The position numbers and the translations under genes were made by a program. A stretch of 64,000 bases of DNA, taken from Nitrospinaceae bacterium (GTDB lineage Bacteria; Nitrospinota; Nitrospinia; Nitrospinales; Nitrospinaceae). Location: assembly GCA_965237905.1 (NCBI GenBank), contig OZ250172.1, positions 32,001 to 96,000 of the forward strand, in the 5' to 3' direction. This document shows, one piece after another, positions 16,412-28,981 of the stretch (its first letter is position 1; every line of letters starts with the position of its first letter). The notes under the pieces are model-generated. The model worked only from the letters and a program-made list of their open reading frames with translations, was not told the origin of the DNA and did not search any database.

Positions 16412-17291
16412 TCTGGTCGATGAATAAACGGGTCAGGTTCTGGTAGGCATCAACCCGGCGATCCCGCAGAAAAGGCCAGCCTTGCCGGGTTTCCTCGATT
16501 AAGCCGAGATCGCAATCGACGACCAGCACTTCCGGTTTCTTGGAAGAAGCCTCAACAAGGACTTCGCCAAAGGGATCGGACACAAAAGACTTTCCCCAGA
16601 AATTGAGCTGGTCTTCCTGACCCACACGGTTGACCACGACAGTAAAGACACCGTTGGCAATGCTGTGGGCTTTTTGAATGGTTTGCCAGGCCTGCGCCTG
16701 CTTTTCGGCAACGGACTCATCAAAAGCCTGATAACCAATCGCGGTAGGATAAAACAGGATTTGGGCGCCGGATAAAGCCGTCAGACGAGCCGCCTCTGGA
16801 AACCACTGGTCCCAGCAGATTAAGACGCCTATTTTCCCGAAGCGGGTGGGAATGGTTTGGAATCCTGTATCTCCGGGTGTGAAATAAAATTTTTCATAAA
16901 AACCGGGATCGTCTGGGATGTGCATTTTGCGGTAGCGGCCGGCGATGGAGCCGTCGGCATCGAGGACCACCGCCGTGTTGTGATAAATTCCTGTAGACCG
17001 CTTCTCAAACAGAGGAAGAATGAGAACCACTTCCAACTCGGATGCTAATTGAGACATCGCGCGGGTAGAGGGACCGGGTATTTCCTCCGCCCGATTGAAA
17101 TGTTCGTGATCCTCCGTCTGGCAGAAATAGGGCGTTTGAAAAAGTTCCTGCAGGCAGATGATCTGCGCTCCTTGTCCGGCGGCCTTGCGGATCCCCTGTT
17201 CGGCGGTTTTCATGTTAGCCTCCGCGTCTTTCCCGCAGGCCATTTGAACCAGGCCGATTTTTACAATTTCCTTGTTGGTATTGGAGTTCAT
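16401..17291 (-). CDS. aguB: N-carbamoylputrescine amidase (nitrilase family)
   Basis: LQELF, YRKMHIPDDP.FYEKFYF, ICWDQWFPE, WPFLRDRR; overlaps aguA. Confidence 0.9.
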   Translation of the reverse strand: MNSNTNKEIVKIGLVQMACGKDAEANMKTAEQGIRKAAGQGAQIICLQELFQTPYFCQTEDHEHFNRAEEIPGPSTRAMSQLASELEVVLILPLFEKRSTGIYHNTAVVLDADGSIAGRYRKMHIPDDPGFYEKFYFTPGDTGFQTIPTRFGKIGVLICWDQWFPEAARLTALSGAQILFYPTAIGYQAFDESVAEKQAQAWQTIQKAHSIANGVFTVVVNRVGQEDQLNFWGKSFVSDPFGEVLVEASSKKPEVLVVDCDLGLIEETRQGWPFLRDRRVDAYQNLTRLFIDQNET

Positions 17292-17524
17292 AATCTAATA
17301 AAATCACCAAATATCACTGGATGGAATTGGATTGGGAGTATAGGGGAACTTCTTTCTTACGGCAATCAGTTTTCCCTTGCGAACCTTTTGGATCGCAGTT
17401 ACCACCGAATAGGTTTATGTTATAATTCAATAAGTTATGGTATTTTTTAAGTCTTTGGGAATTGTATCGGGCTGGTATAATGGTGTAAAACTCAAACCTT
17501 TATTCAATTAGAATACAAACGACT

Positions 17525-17899
17525 ATGTGGGTTAAACAAGCTTTTCGAGATTATTATAAGCCCAAACTTCGCCGGGAGTTGAAGCGCGACCCGACTCAGG
17601 AGGAATGCGACCAGCGGTTTGAGGAAATTTATAAAGAACTCCGTCTGACCCTCCTGGCCGGGGTTTATGAAGGGGTCTCTCTTTATTTTTACGAGATCGG
17701 CCAGTTCACGCTGGAAGAGTTCAACACCTTCCGGGATCAGACGGAAGCGTATCTCGTGGAGCGGTTCGGCGGTGGCAATTTCAAGTTGAACTTTTACGAA
17801 GGCGATTCCTTCGTGGTCACCGTTAATTTCAAGCCTGAGGGAGAGCCCAAGTGGCATCATCTGCTCCCTGAGAAAGCCAAACCTTTTGTGAATCCCTAA
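17525..17899 (+). CDS. Hypothetical protein translationally coupled to mfd
   Basis: Coding-like composition; TAATG overlap with mfd; TGGTATAAT at 17473-17481 upstream. Confidence 0.7.
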   Translation: MWVKQAFRDYYKPKLRRELKRDPTQEECDQRFEEIYKELRLTLLAGVYEGVSLYFYEIGQFTLEEFNTFRDQTEAYLVERFGGGNFKLNFYEGDSFVVTVNFKPEGEPKWHHLLPEKAKPFVNP

Positions 17900-20800
17900 T
17901 GAATTCTCCCACCTCTTCGACGTTGCTTCAGAACGATCTGGAAAAAGATCAATGGAACGGCTTATTGGATTCTCTTAAGTCACTGGAACATCCGGTAAGC
18001 GTGGAGGGTTTGCCCGGCGCTTCCAAAGCGTATTTGCTGGCGCAGGCGTGGAAGCATTCCAAACGTCCCCAGGTCGTGATCACCTCGGACCAGATCAGTG
18101 GAGAAACATGGCTTTCCGATTTACGTTATTTTCTCCGTCATGAAAAAGTACGGGTGTCTCCTCAGTTTTTCCCGACCTGGGAATTACTGCCCTATGAACC
18201 GTTATCTCCTTTCAGTGAAGTTTCGGGAGAACGTTTGGCGACCTTGAATGGATTGCTGGAGAATCATTGCCCGATTCTAGTGGTTCCCGTGGAGGCGGCA
18301 TTGCAATATCTGATGCCCCGTTCTTCGCTCCGTAATCTGACTTACGAGGTTCAAAAAGGGCAAACTCTCGATCGGGAAGTGTTCGAAATGTGTCTGGTGG
18401 ACAACGGTTACACCCGCTCTCATTTGGTGGAGGAACGCGGCCAGTTCAGTTCGCGAGGAGACATTCTGGATGTTTTTCAATCGCATCAATCTCATCCCAT
18501 CCGCATCGAGTTTTTTGGCGACGAGGTCGAATCTATCCGGAAGTTCGAGGTCAGTTCCCAAGTGTCCATAGAAGAATGCGATCAGGTGAAAGTTCTTCCG
18601 ATCCGGGAATTGTGCTTGACCGAAAAGGATCTGCAAGGAGGCGTCGAGACTATTCTTCAATACGGCCGGGACCATGAGGTCAATGCTTCCCGCTTCAACG
18701 AACTGGTGGAAAAACTTCGGAACTTAAAAAGTTTTTCCGGAATGGAAATGCTGGCTCCCTTCTTTTTTGAGAAAAAGGAGAGCCTCTTCGATTATCTTCC
18801 TGAAAACACTTTAATCGTTCTGGACGATCTGGAGTTATTAAAGGAAAAGTGCGATCAGTTTGAAGGGTTGGTTCATGAGGAATACCACCGGTGTGTGGAC
18901 CGGGGCGATGTCGCCGCGGAGCCCGATCATCTGTATCTCTCCAGCCAAACGTTTTTGAAGGAAACCCAATCCCGGCCTCAGGTGATTCTCAATACCTTGA
19001 AGCTTTCGGATGATGGAGAAACCTCAAAACGGTTTCAGGTCAAGCCGATTCCTTCATTTCAGGGTAAATTCGATCTGTTTGCGCATCATGCCGGCGAATG
19101 GATCGATAAAGGTTATGAGGTTTCAGTGGCCGCGCCAACCAAGGGGCATGTCCGCCGCATGAATGAGTTGTTGGTGGATAAGGAATTGAACCTCCCGGTA
19201 GAACTCGGTTTTATCAGTCAGGGATTCCAGTTTTCTGGAATGAAAACCATTTTTGTCGCCGAACATGAAATATTCGGCCGGACTCACAAACACCGCCACC
19301 GCCGCAAGTCGCGCTCGACCGTTTTCCAGCGGGGCTTCAAGGATTTGAAGGAGGGAGATTTGTTGGTGCATGTGGATTACGGCATCGGCCAATACACCCG
19401 GACCAAGGAGTTGACGACAGGTATCGGGGGAGGTGAGTTTCTGGAGATATTTTATGCAGACGACCAGAAACTTTACATTCCGATGGATGGGTTGGCTGCC
19501 ATTCAGAAATATATGGGGAGTGGTGAAGAGAATCCTCCTCTGAGTCAGTTGGGGGGTACCCAATGGAAGCGTCAAAAGAAAAAAATAAAAGACTCCTTGA
19601 AAGAACTCGCCGGTGAACTTTTAAAAGTTTACGCATCCCGGGAAATGGCCAAGGGGCACGTGTATTCGCACAATTCGGTTCTGATGCAGGATTTTGCGGA
19701 CTCGTTTGAATATGTCGAGACCGAGGATCAGTTGAAAGCCATTGAAGATGTTATAGAAGACCTGGAACGTGAGAAACCCATGGACCGTTTGATCTGTGGT
19801 GACGTGGGTTACGGTAAAACCGAGGTGGCCATGCGGGCGGCTTTCAGTGCCGTATTGGATAAAAAGCAGGTCGCTGTGCTGGTACCCACTACCATATTGG
19901 CTCAACAGCATTGGCTCACCTTTCAGGAGCGGTTTCATATGCATCCGGTACAAGTGGGAATGGTCAGCCGGTTCCGCACTCCCCGCGAGCAAAAAGAAAC
20001 TCTCAAAAGATTAAAAGAAGGGAAAGTGGATATTCTCGTCGGGACCCATCGCCTGCTGTCCAAGGACGTGCAGTTCGCTGACCTGGGTTTGGTGATCATT
20101 GATGAGGAACAGCGATTTGGGGTCAAGCACAAGGAACGACTGAAGGAGTTGAGAACTTCGGTGGACGTACTCACCCTGAGTGCTACTCCGATTCCCCGAA
20201 CCCTTCACTTTTCACTGATGGGTGTGCGGGATTTGAGTGTGATCGAAACCCCGCCGAGCGACCGTTTATCGATTAAAACGTATGTTCGGAAATTTGATGA
20301 AGAACTTATTCGCGAAGCCATTCTGCGGGAAAAGGATCGTGGTGGACAGGTGTACTTCGTGCACAACAAGGTTCAAAATATTCATTCGATCGCCGCATTG
20401 CTCAAGAAGATTGTTCCCGAGGTTACTTTGGGAATCGCTCACGGTCAGCTTCAGGAAAGAATGCTGGAAAAGGTTATGAGGCAATTCATCGAAAAGGAAA
20501 TCGATCTTTTATTATGCACCTCCATCATTGAGTCGGGCCTGGATATTCCTTCCGCCAACACCATCATCATCAACCGGGCCGACCAGTTTGGCCTGGCGCA
20601 ACTGTATCAGCTTAGAGGCAGGGTGGGGCGTTACAAGCATCAGGCGTATGCCTATCTTCTTATTCCGGGAGCGTTGGCCATCAGCGAAGATGCGCGCAAA
20701 CGTTTGTCCGCCATTGAGGAAATGAGCGATCTGGGAGCCGGCTTCGAACTGGCCGCCCGGGATATGGAAATTCGCGGCACCGGTAACATGCTGGGCCATA

Positions 20801-21342
20801 ATCAATCGGGCCATATTTCCGCCATCGGATTCGATTTGTATTGTAAAATGATGGAGGAAACGATTCGGGAAATGAAAGGGCAGAAAATTGAGTCCAAAAT
20901 TGAACCCGAAATCAACTTGGAAATTAAAGGCTACGTTCCCAAAGATTATGTTTCCGATTTGAATCAAAGGCTGGAAATCTACCGTCGACTGCAACTTCTG
21001 GATGGGTTTGAAGAGTTGGAAACCCTTAAAGTTGAATTGACGGATCGATACGGCAATTTCCCGGAAGAGGTGGAAAAATTACTGGTACTGCTGGAAGTTA
21101 AATTATACTGTCAAAGGCTGGATATTTCCAAAATCCAATTGAGACACAACGAAATCACTTTGACCATCGATTCTTCCACCCGCCTGTTAACTCATAAATT
21201 AATGGAAATTCTTGACTCAAGAATACGACTGATTTCTGAATATCATCTTGTTTTGAAATTAAAAAATAAGGGCTGGAAAGAGGATTCGGGATTGATTTGC
21301 TCCTATTTGAAAAAACTAATGGATTGCCTGGATGAAGACTGA
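17899..21342 (+). CDS. mfd: Transcription-repair coupling factor
   Basis: UvrB-like N-terminus, VHVDYGIG, GDVGYGKTEVA, DEEQRFGV, SATPIPRT, QLRGRVGR, TRCF domain. Confidence 0.97.
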   Translation: MNSPTSSTLLQNDLEKDQWNGLLDSLKSLEHPVSVEGLPGASKAYLLAQAWKHSKRPQVVITSDQISGETWLSDLRYFLRHEKVRVSPQFFPTWELLPYEPLSPFSEVSGERLATLNGLLENHCPILVVPVEAALQYLMPRSSLRNLTYEVQKGQTLDREVFEMCLVDNGYTRSHLVEERGQFSSRGDILDVFQSHQSHPIRIEFFGDEVESIRKFEVSSQVSIEECDQVKVLPIRELCLTEKDLQGGVETILQYGRDHEVNASRFNELVEKLRNLKSFSGMEMLAPFFFEKKESLFDYLPENTLIVLDDLELLKEKCDQFEGLVHEEYHRCVDRGDVAAEPDHLYLSSQTFLKETQSRPQVILNTLKLSDDGETSKRFQVKPIPSFQGKFDLFAHHAGEWIDKGYEVSVAAPTKGHVRRMNELLVDKELNLPVELGFISQGFQFSGMKTIFVAEHEIFGRTHKHRHRRKSRSTVFQRGFKDLKEGDLLVHVDYGIGQYTRTKELTTGIGGGEFLEIFYADDQKLYIPMDGLAAIQKYMGSGEENPPLSQLGGTQWKRQKKKIKDSLKELAGELLKVYASREMAKGHVYSHNSVLMQDFADSFEYVETEDQLKAIEDVIEDLEREKPMDRLICGDVGYGKTEVAMRAAFSAVLDKKQVAVLVPTTILAQQHWLTFQERFHMHPVQVGMVSRFRTPREQKETLKRLKEGKVDILVGTHRLLSKDVQFADLGLVIIDEEQRFGVKHKERLKELRTSVDVLTLSATPIPRTLHFSLMGVRDLSVIETPPSDRLSIKTYVRKFDEELIREAILREKDRGGQVYFVHNKVQNIHSIAALLKKIVPEVTLGIAHGQLQERMLEKVMRQFIEKEIDLLLCTSIIESGLDIPSANTIIINRADQFGLAQLYQLRGRVGRYKHQAYAYLLIPGALAISEDARKRLSAIEEMSDLGAGFELAARDMEIRGTGNMLGHNQSGHISAIGFDLYCKMMEETIREMKGQKIESKIEPEINLEIKGYVPKDYVSDLNQRLEIYRRLQLLDGFEELETLKVELTDRYGNFPEEVEKLLVLLEVKLYCQRLDISKIQLRHNEITLTIDSSTRLLTHKLMEILDSRIRLISEYHLVLKLKNKGWKEDSGLICSYLKKLMDCLDED

Positions 21343-22318
21343 ACTTATGAAGAAGGAAAGTATAAAAACTGTTTTAAGGTTTTGCCTGATTTTTTTCGTT
21401 ACCAATTTGTTGGTGGGATGTGGTTCCAGTGAAACCGAAGAGCAGGAGAATTGGGCTGATGTGGTGGCGACGGTCAACAAGGAAGTCATCACGCGCGAAG
21501 ATTTTCAGAACGAACTGAAATGGTCGAAAAGAAAATACCGGGTTGAGAAAAATGACACCTTGGAACCTAATCAGAAGGTTTGGTTAAAGACCAGTATCCT
21601 TAATGAATTAATTCAAGACAGCTTGTTGCGTCAGGAAGCCATTGAACAAGGCGTCAAGGTTTCTTCCGGGGAATTTGAGAAATATTTGGATCAATCGAAA
21701 GAAGGTTACAAAGAGAATACTTTTCAGCGGGCTTTGGACATAGAGGAAATTTCCAGGTCGCAATGGGAAGATAAATTGAAGACCCATCTGCTGATCAGAA
21801 AATTGATCGAAGAGGTGATCAACCGCAAGATTGAAATTAAGGAAGAGGAGTTATTAGCTTACTTCAAGCAGCATATGGAGGAATTTCAAAAAGGCGAACA
21901 GATCCGTACTCTTCATATCATGGTTGAAACCGAGGATGAGGCCAGAAGAATTTCAAAGCTGATCCGCAAGGGGAAATCGTTTGCTGAATTGGCTAAACAG
22001 CACTCGAGGAATCCGGAAGGCAAAGCGGGTGAGGATACAGGGTATTATGAGGCTGGACAAATGCCCAAGTGGTTTGATGATGTTTTCAAGCTCAAAGTCA
22101 ATAAAGTGAGCGATATCATTCGGACCCCCTATGGTATTTATATCTTCAAGGTTGTGGATAAGAAGCCGGAGCGAAAGATGAGCTTTGAAGAATCCAAAAA
22201 ACAAATTCACACTGAACTGTTGCGAGAAGCCCAGGAACAGGCTTTTCACAAGTGGGTGGAAGAAATTAAAAATAAATCGGAAATTATTATAAAGTATGAA
22301 GTATTGGAAACAATTTAA
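21332..22318 (+). CDS. SurA/PrsA-like parvulin PPIase lipoprotein
   Basis: Lipobox LVGC; VVATVN; HIMV, SFAELAKQHS, IIRTPYG. Confidence 0.85.
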   Translation: MKTELMKKESIKTVLRFCLIFFVTNLLVGCGSSETEEQENWADVVATVNKEVITREDFQNELKWSKRKYRVEKNDTLEPNQKVWLKTSILNELIQDSLLRQEAIEQGVKVSSGEFEKYLDQSKEGYKENTFQRALDIEEISRSQWEDKLKTHLLIRKLIEEVINRKIEIKEEELLAYFKQHMEEFQKGEQIRTLHIMVETEDEARRISKLIRKGKSFAELAKQHSRNPEGKAGEDTGYYEAGQMPKWFDDVFKLKVNKVSDIIRTPYGIYIFKVVDKKPERKMSFEESKKQIHTELLREAQEQAFHKWVEEIKNKSEIIIKYEVLETI

Positions 22319-23549
22319 TATTTCGTTGTGTTGCGGCCTTTTAGGTTTGGTTTGGGCGGTTTTTCCTGTGATTCCGGGATGGGCCAAAACCGTTGATCGC
22401 ATTATTGCCAAAGTGAATGCAACAATCATCACGCAGAGCGAGCTGGAGGAAAGGGTCGTTGTGAGGATGATGAGTCTCCAAAAAAATAATGTACAACCCA
22501 TGCCTTCCAAGGCAGAGGTGATGTATGAAGAGTTGGAGCGCATGATTGAGGAAAGACTTTTAATCGATGCGGCGGGAAAACTCAAGTTGGGGGTGGATGA
22601 GGACAGTGTGACCAAAGCCATTGATGAAATCAAACGCACCAATGGCCTTAACGACGGCGATCTGGAGAAGATGCTTCAGGCGGAATCCAAATCCCTGGAA
22701 GAATACAAAAATAAAATCCGCGACCAAATACTAATAAGTAGAGTGGTGGGCTTTGAAGTCCGCAAGCGAGTTACTGTAAGCAAAGAGGAAATCAAAAAAT
22801 ATTATAACCAGCATCTTAAGGACTATTGGACCGCCGAGAAGCTTCAGTTGCGGCATATCTTGTTTTTAATGGATGACACGCTGTTGGAAGAGGACAGGCG
22901 TATTAAAAAACAAAAAGCTCAACTGGCGTTACGAAAAATTCGAGCGGGCGCGGATTTTATTGCAGTTGCCAAGGAGTTTTCTGAGGATATTTCTGCCAGT
23001 ACAGGGGGAGATCTGGGTGAAATTGAACGCGGTAAAATGGTGCCTGAGTTTGAAAAGGCTGCTTTCCTGCTAAAGGAGGGAGAGGTTAGCGGCTTGGTTG
23101 AAACTCCCTATGGATTGCATATTATTAAAGTCGATAAAATTATTCCGGGCCAGACACTTCCTTTGGATAAGGTTCAGGGTCAAATTGAAAAGCGGTTTAT
23201 GGATCAAAAGTTGAAGGCTGAATATGAGACGTATTTGTCTGAGCTGAAGCAAAAGGCATTTATTGAAAATAAAATACCGCCACCTCCGCAATCGGTTGTG
23301 AAACAGACCAAAAAAACTGCGCCTGTGAAAACTTTAAAACCTTCTCTCAACCGAAGGGAAGAGTTGGCCGATATTCCTCCCTCCCAGAAAAAGAAGGTTT
23401 CCAGCCGGCAGTTGGCTCAGGAACAGGAATTTCCCAGGTTTCAAACGTTTGAGGAAAAACTGCGATACTATAAACAATTAAGAAACAACGATAAAATTTC
23501 AGAAGGGGAATATCAAAGTAAGAAACGTGAGCTTTTAAATCGATTTTAA
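22296..23549 (+). CDS. SurA-like chaperone/PPIase with C-terminal SHOCT-like domain
   Basis: VDRIIAKVN..ITQSEL, LRHIL, GGDLG, ETPYGLHII; ends KISEGEYQSKKRELL. Confidence 0.85.
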   Translation: MKYWKQFNISLCCGLLGLVWAVFPVIPGWAKTVDRIIAKVNATIITQSELEERVVVRMMSLQKNNVQPMPSKAEVMYEELERMIEERLLIDAAGKLKLGVDEDSVTKAIDEIKRTNGLNDGDLEKMLQAESKSLEEYKNKIRDQILISRVVGFEVRKRVTVSKEEIKKYYNQHLKDYWTAEKLQLRHILFLMDDTLLEEDRRIKKQKAQLALRKIRAGADFIAVAKEFSEDISASTGGDLGEIERGKMVPEFEKAAFLLKEGEVSGLVETPYGLHIIKVDKIIPGQTLPLDKVQGQIEKRFMDQKLKAEYETYLSELKQKAFIENKIPPPPQSVVKQTKKTAPVKTLKPSLNRREELADIPPSQKKKVSSRQLAQEQEFPRFQTFEEKLRYYKQLRNNDKISEGEYQSKKRELLNRF

Positions 23550-23631
23550 TTCATCCTCCTAACTGGCTCGACCACCTGCCCTTGGATTTCCCCTTCCTTA
23601 TTTGACATGATTGCTTTCGGTTGACTCCACA

Positions 23632-25056
23632 ATGGATCCTCTGGTTTTAAAAATTAAAAAAACTCTTGTGGACCATAAAATGGTCGAACCAGGGGATACT
23701 ATTTTGCTGGGAGTTTCTGGTGGACCGGATTCGGTCGCCTTGTTGCGAGGGCTGTTCGAATTGAAACAGGAGCTAAACCTTGAGTTGGCGATAGCCCATT
23801 TAAACCATAGTGCGCGCGGAAAAGAATCTGATCGCGATGCCCGGTTTGTAAAAGATATGGGTGAAGCGCTTCAAATTAAAACGTTCATTGAAAAAATGGA
23901 TGTGGCGGCAAAACAGGCGGCTTCTAAAAACTCTTTTCAGGAGACCGCACGGCATCTCCGTCTGGAATTTTTTCAAAGGACGATGGATCAGATGGGTGCC
24001 AACAAGATCGCTCTCGGGCATACTTCGGATGATCAGGCGGAAACGGTTTTGATAAATCTGTTGCGTGGCAGTGGCCTTAAAGGAGTAGGGGGGATGAGTC
24101 CCGTCCGCCACCCTTACATCCGGCCTTTATTCTATTGCTCCCGGTCGGAGGTTGTTGGTTTTTTGAATGATCAAAAAATTCCTTACTGCCAGGATTCTTC
24201 CAATGAAAAAACAGATTATTTGCGTAATCGTATTCGTCTGGAATTGATTCCCTTTTTGCAGGAGAGATATAACCCCAGGATCACGGAGAACCTTTTTGAA
24301 GCGTCCGGGATTTTCAGGGCCGATAACGATTACCTGAAAACTTTGGAAGATCATGAATTCGATCGTGCCGTTTCAAAGTCTGGAGAAAGCGAAACGCTGA
24401 ATATGGATATTGAATATTTCACGGCGCTTCCTCTCGCTCTTAAACGGCGGCTGGTCCGGAAAGGAATAGAGAGTATTCAAGGGGACCTGAGGAGAATTTC
24501 TTTTTTTCATATCCAGGAAGTACTCCGCTTATTTGAAAAAGCTCAGAAGGGTAAAAGAATCGATCTGCCCGGCGATCTGGAAGTTTTGTGCCTGGGAGAC
24601 CGCGTAGAGTTTAAAAGAATCCATGAATCTGACCCCAGCATCTTATCTGATGAAAGCAAGGCATCCGATTGGCTGAGGCCTCTGAATATTCCAGGGGAAA
24701 CCCAGGTTGAAAAAGCCGGTTTAACATTGAAAGCCGAAATTATTGATCCGGTTGAAACAGGATTTCCCGCTGGGCAAGCCAATCAGGCTTTTCTGGATTT
24801 TGATAAAACCGGCGATGATATAATGGTCCGTTTCTTTCAGGCAGGGGATCGATTGAAGCCTTTGGGAATGAAGGGCACCAAAAAATTGAAATCACTTTTT
24901 ATCGATGAAAAGGTGCCTCAGGAAATTCGATCTACCGTACCCATCTTGACAACCGGAGATAATAATATTATTTGGGTATATGGAACGAGGATAGCCCATG
25001 CTTATCGGGTGACTTCGGAGACCAATAAGGTATTGTTTATTAAGGGGTTATCTTGA
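23632..25056 (+). CDS. tilS: tRNA(Ile)-lysidine synthase
   Basis: GVSGGPDSVAL, GHTSDDQAET, DSSN, RNRIR, TilS-C KKLKSLFIDEKVP. Confidence 0.96.
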   Translation: MDPLVLKIKKTLVDHKMVEPGDTILLGVSGGPDSVALLRGLFELKQELNLELAIAHLNHSARGKESDRDARFVKDMGEALQIKTFIEKMDVAAKQAASKNSFQETARHLRLEFFQRTMDQMGANKIALGHTSDDQAETVLINLLRGSGLKGVGGMSPVRHPYIRPLFYCSRSEVVGFLNDQKIPYCQDSSNEKTDYLRNRIRLELIPFLQERYNPRITENLFEASGIFRADNDYLKTLEDHEFDRAVSKSGESETLNMDIEYFTALPLALKRRLVRKGIESIQGDLRRISFFHIQEVLRLFEKAQKGKRIDLPGDLEVLCLGDRVEFKRIHESDPSILSDESKASDWLRPLNIPGETQVEKAGLTLKAEIIDPVETGFPAGQANQAFLDFDKTGDDIMVRFFQAGDRLKPLGMKGTKKLKSLFIDEKVPQEIRSTVPILTTGDNNIIWVYGTRIAHAYRVTSETNKVLFIKGLS

Positions 25057-25173
25057 TTTTTTGGGGTATGACGGGCTGAAAGAAAGGGCCCTTTACCCAG
25101 GGAAATATGCTACTATTAGTTTCGATATACTCAGAATGTGGGGTTTCCCCATCCGCCGATAAAGGAGAAGATT

Positions 25174-27117
<1,944 letters not shown>

Positions 27118-27150
27118 AAGATGCTTTCTCTATTCGCTTAAAGTAATTCA

Positions 27151-27191
27151 AAAGCTCCACTCCTGAATCGATCAGGAATGGGGCTTTTTTT
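27151..27191 (+). terminator. Intrinsic terminator after ftsH
   Basis: AAAGCTCCA.TCCTGA...TCAGGA.TGGGGCTTT plus T-run. Confidence 0.7.
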
Positions 27192-27215
27192 CATCCCAAC
27201 CTTATTGAGTTCGCA

Positions 27216-28052
27216 ATGTCGTCTTCTTTAAACCGGAAAGATAGTTTTGAGTCTCCCAAAATCATGGGGATCATCAACCTGTCTCCCGATTCGTTTTATC
27301 CGGGCAGCCGGGTACCATCGGTTTCTGCCGCATTCCAAGTTGCCGAACGCATGATTGAGGAAGGAGCGGATTATCTGGATGTGGGGGCGGAATCCTCGCG
27401 CCCCGGAGCCAAGCCCATATCCGAAGAAGAAGAGCTTTCCATAATCCTCCCGGTCATTTCGCAATTGTATCAAAAGTTTTCTATTCCGGTTTCAGTGGAT
27501 ACCTATAAGCCGGGCGTCGCGCAAAGAGTTTTGGAAGCGGGCGCCGCCATCATCAACGACATCACCGGGCTCCGGTATCCCGAAATGGCGCCCATCATCG
27601 CCGAATATGATGCGGGGGTGGTGATCATGCATATGCAGGGTTCTCCTGAGAACATGCAGGAAGATATTCATTACGACGATTGCGTGGGCGAGGTCAAACA
27701 ATTTTTGGAACAGGGGATTCGAACTGCTGAAGCGGCGGGCATCGCCTCCGATCGAATTTGGGTCGACCCGGGAATCGGATTCGGCAAAACGATCCGGCAT
27801 AACCTGGAAATTCTGGCGCATCTGGATGCTTTCGCTTCCTTGCAGAAACCGCTATTACTAGGCGCATCCCGCAAATCATTTATCGGGAAGATTTTGGATC
27901 TACCGGTCGCCGAAAGACTGGAAGGGTCTCTGGCTACCGCCGTGATTGGAATGATCAAAGGCGCGCGGATTTTACGTGTTCATGACGTCCGGGAAACGTA
28001 CCGCACCGTCAGACTTGTCAGCGAAATTTTAAAAGTCCAATATGGAAAATAA
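27216..28052 (+). CDS. folP: Dihydropteroate synthase
   Basis: IMGIINLSPDSF, GAESSRPG, SVDTYK, DPGIGFGK, SRKSF, RVHDV. Confidence 0.96.
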   Translation: MSSSLNRKDSFESPKIMGIINLSPDSFYPGSRVPSVSAAFQVAERMIEEGADYLDVGAESSRPGAKPISEEEELSIILPVISQLYQKFSIPVSVDTYKPGVAQRVLEAGAAIINDITGLRYPEMAPIIAEYDAGVVIMHMQGSPENMQEDIHYDDCVGEVKQFLEQGIRTAEAAGIASDRIWVDPGIGFGKTIRHNLEILAHLDAFASLQKPLLLGASRKSFIGKILDLPVAERLEGSLATAVIGMIKGARILRVHDVRETYRTVRLVSEILKVQYGK

Positions 28053-28788
28053 GATTCGTTTGTTCGTCAATGTCGATCACGTCGCCACCCTCCGGGAGGC
28101 CCGAAAAACGGTGGAGCCGGATCCTCTGACGGCTGCTCTCCTGGCTGAAAAAGCCGGGGCCGACGGCATCACCGTTCATTTGCGTGAAGACCGTCGGCAT
28201 ATCCAGGATCATGATGTGTCACGCATCGGGGAAAAAATCAAAACCGTCCTCAATCTGGAAATGGCGGCCATCGAAGAGATGGTTGAGATCGCTCTCAAGA
28301 CAAAACCTTATCAGGTATCCCTGGTTCCCGAAAAACGGCAGGAAATCACTACCGAGGGTGGATTGGATGTCATTTCCAAAAAAGAGCATCTAAAGAAAAT
28401 TAGAGAACAGATTCAGTCGCAGGGGATTCGTTCCAGTCTATTTGTCGATCCCGATCCCCGACAGATTGATGCCTCCCGGGAAGTGGGAGCGGAGAGTATC
28501 GAAATCAACACCGGATTGTATAGCGAGTTGAGTGATGATGCCGCTGTGCAACAGGAATTGGATAAGATACGAAATGCCGCCCGCCACGCCAGGGAGCAGG
28601 GCTTACGCGTGTTTGCGGGGCATGGGCTCACCGATGAAAACGTAGTCGCTATCGCCGGAATTCCAGAAATCGAGGAATTGAACATCGGGCACAGCCTGGT
28701 ATCCCACTCTGTCTATTACGGCCTGGAGCAAGCGGTTAAAAATATGATGCGAGCCATTCAGAAGGGGATTACCCAGCGGCCCCACTGA
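28042..28788 (+). CDS. pdxJ: Pyridoxine 5'-phosphate synthase
   Basis: VNVDHVATLR, HLREDRRHI, VPEKRQEITTEGG, AGHGL, ELNIGHS. Confidence 0.97.
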   Translation: MENKIRLFVNVDHVATLREARKTVEPDPLTAALLAEKAGADGITVHLREDRRHIQDHDVSRIGEKIKTVLNLEMAAIEEMVEIALKTKPYQVSLVPEKRQEITTEGGLDVISKKEHLKKIREQIQSQGIRSSLFVDPDPRQIDASREVGAESIEINTGLYSELSDDAAVQQELDKIRNAARHAREQGLRVFAGHGLTDENVVAIAGIPEIEELNIGHSLVSHSVYYGLEQAVKNMMRAIQKGITQRPH

Positions 28789-28814
28789 CTCGATGCATTT
28801 CCAGACTGGAATGG

Positions 28815-28843
28815 TTGACTTGCCGCTGTAATTTCTTCATAAT
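28815..28843 (+). promoter_or_regulatory. Putative sigma70 promoter of gap
   Basis: TTGACT-N17-CATAAT. Confidence 0.55.
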
Positions 28844-28981
28844 TCTGCTCCTTCCAGTTTTCAGGATTCCTGGTTGAGGTCTCGTCAAAATTCCATTGAA
28901 CCGATCCGTGTTTAAAGAGAAAATGAGCCGTCGAGCAGTTTTATTTATGATGTAGTAGATGATATGGGTTAAGGAGGATCA

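Noticed and set aside
25057..25173. hpt missing between tilS and ftsH
   Set aside because: Common arrangement; no remnant visible.
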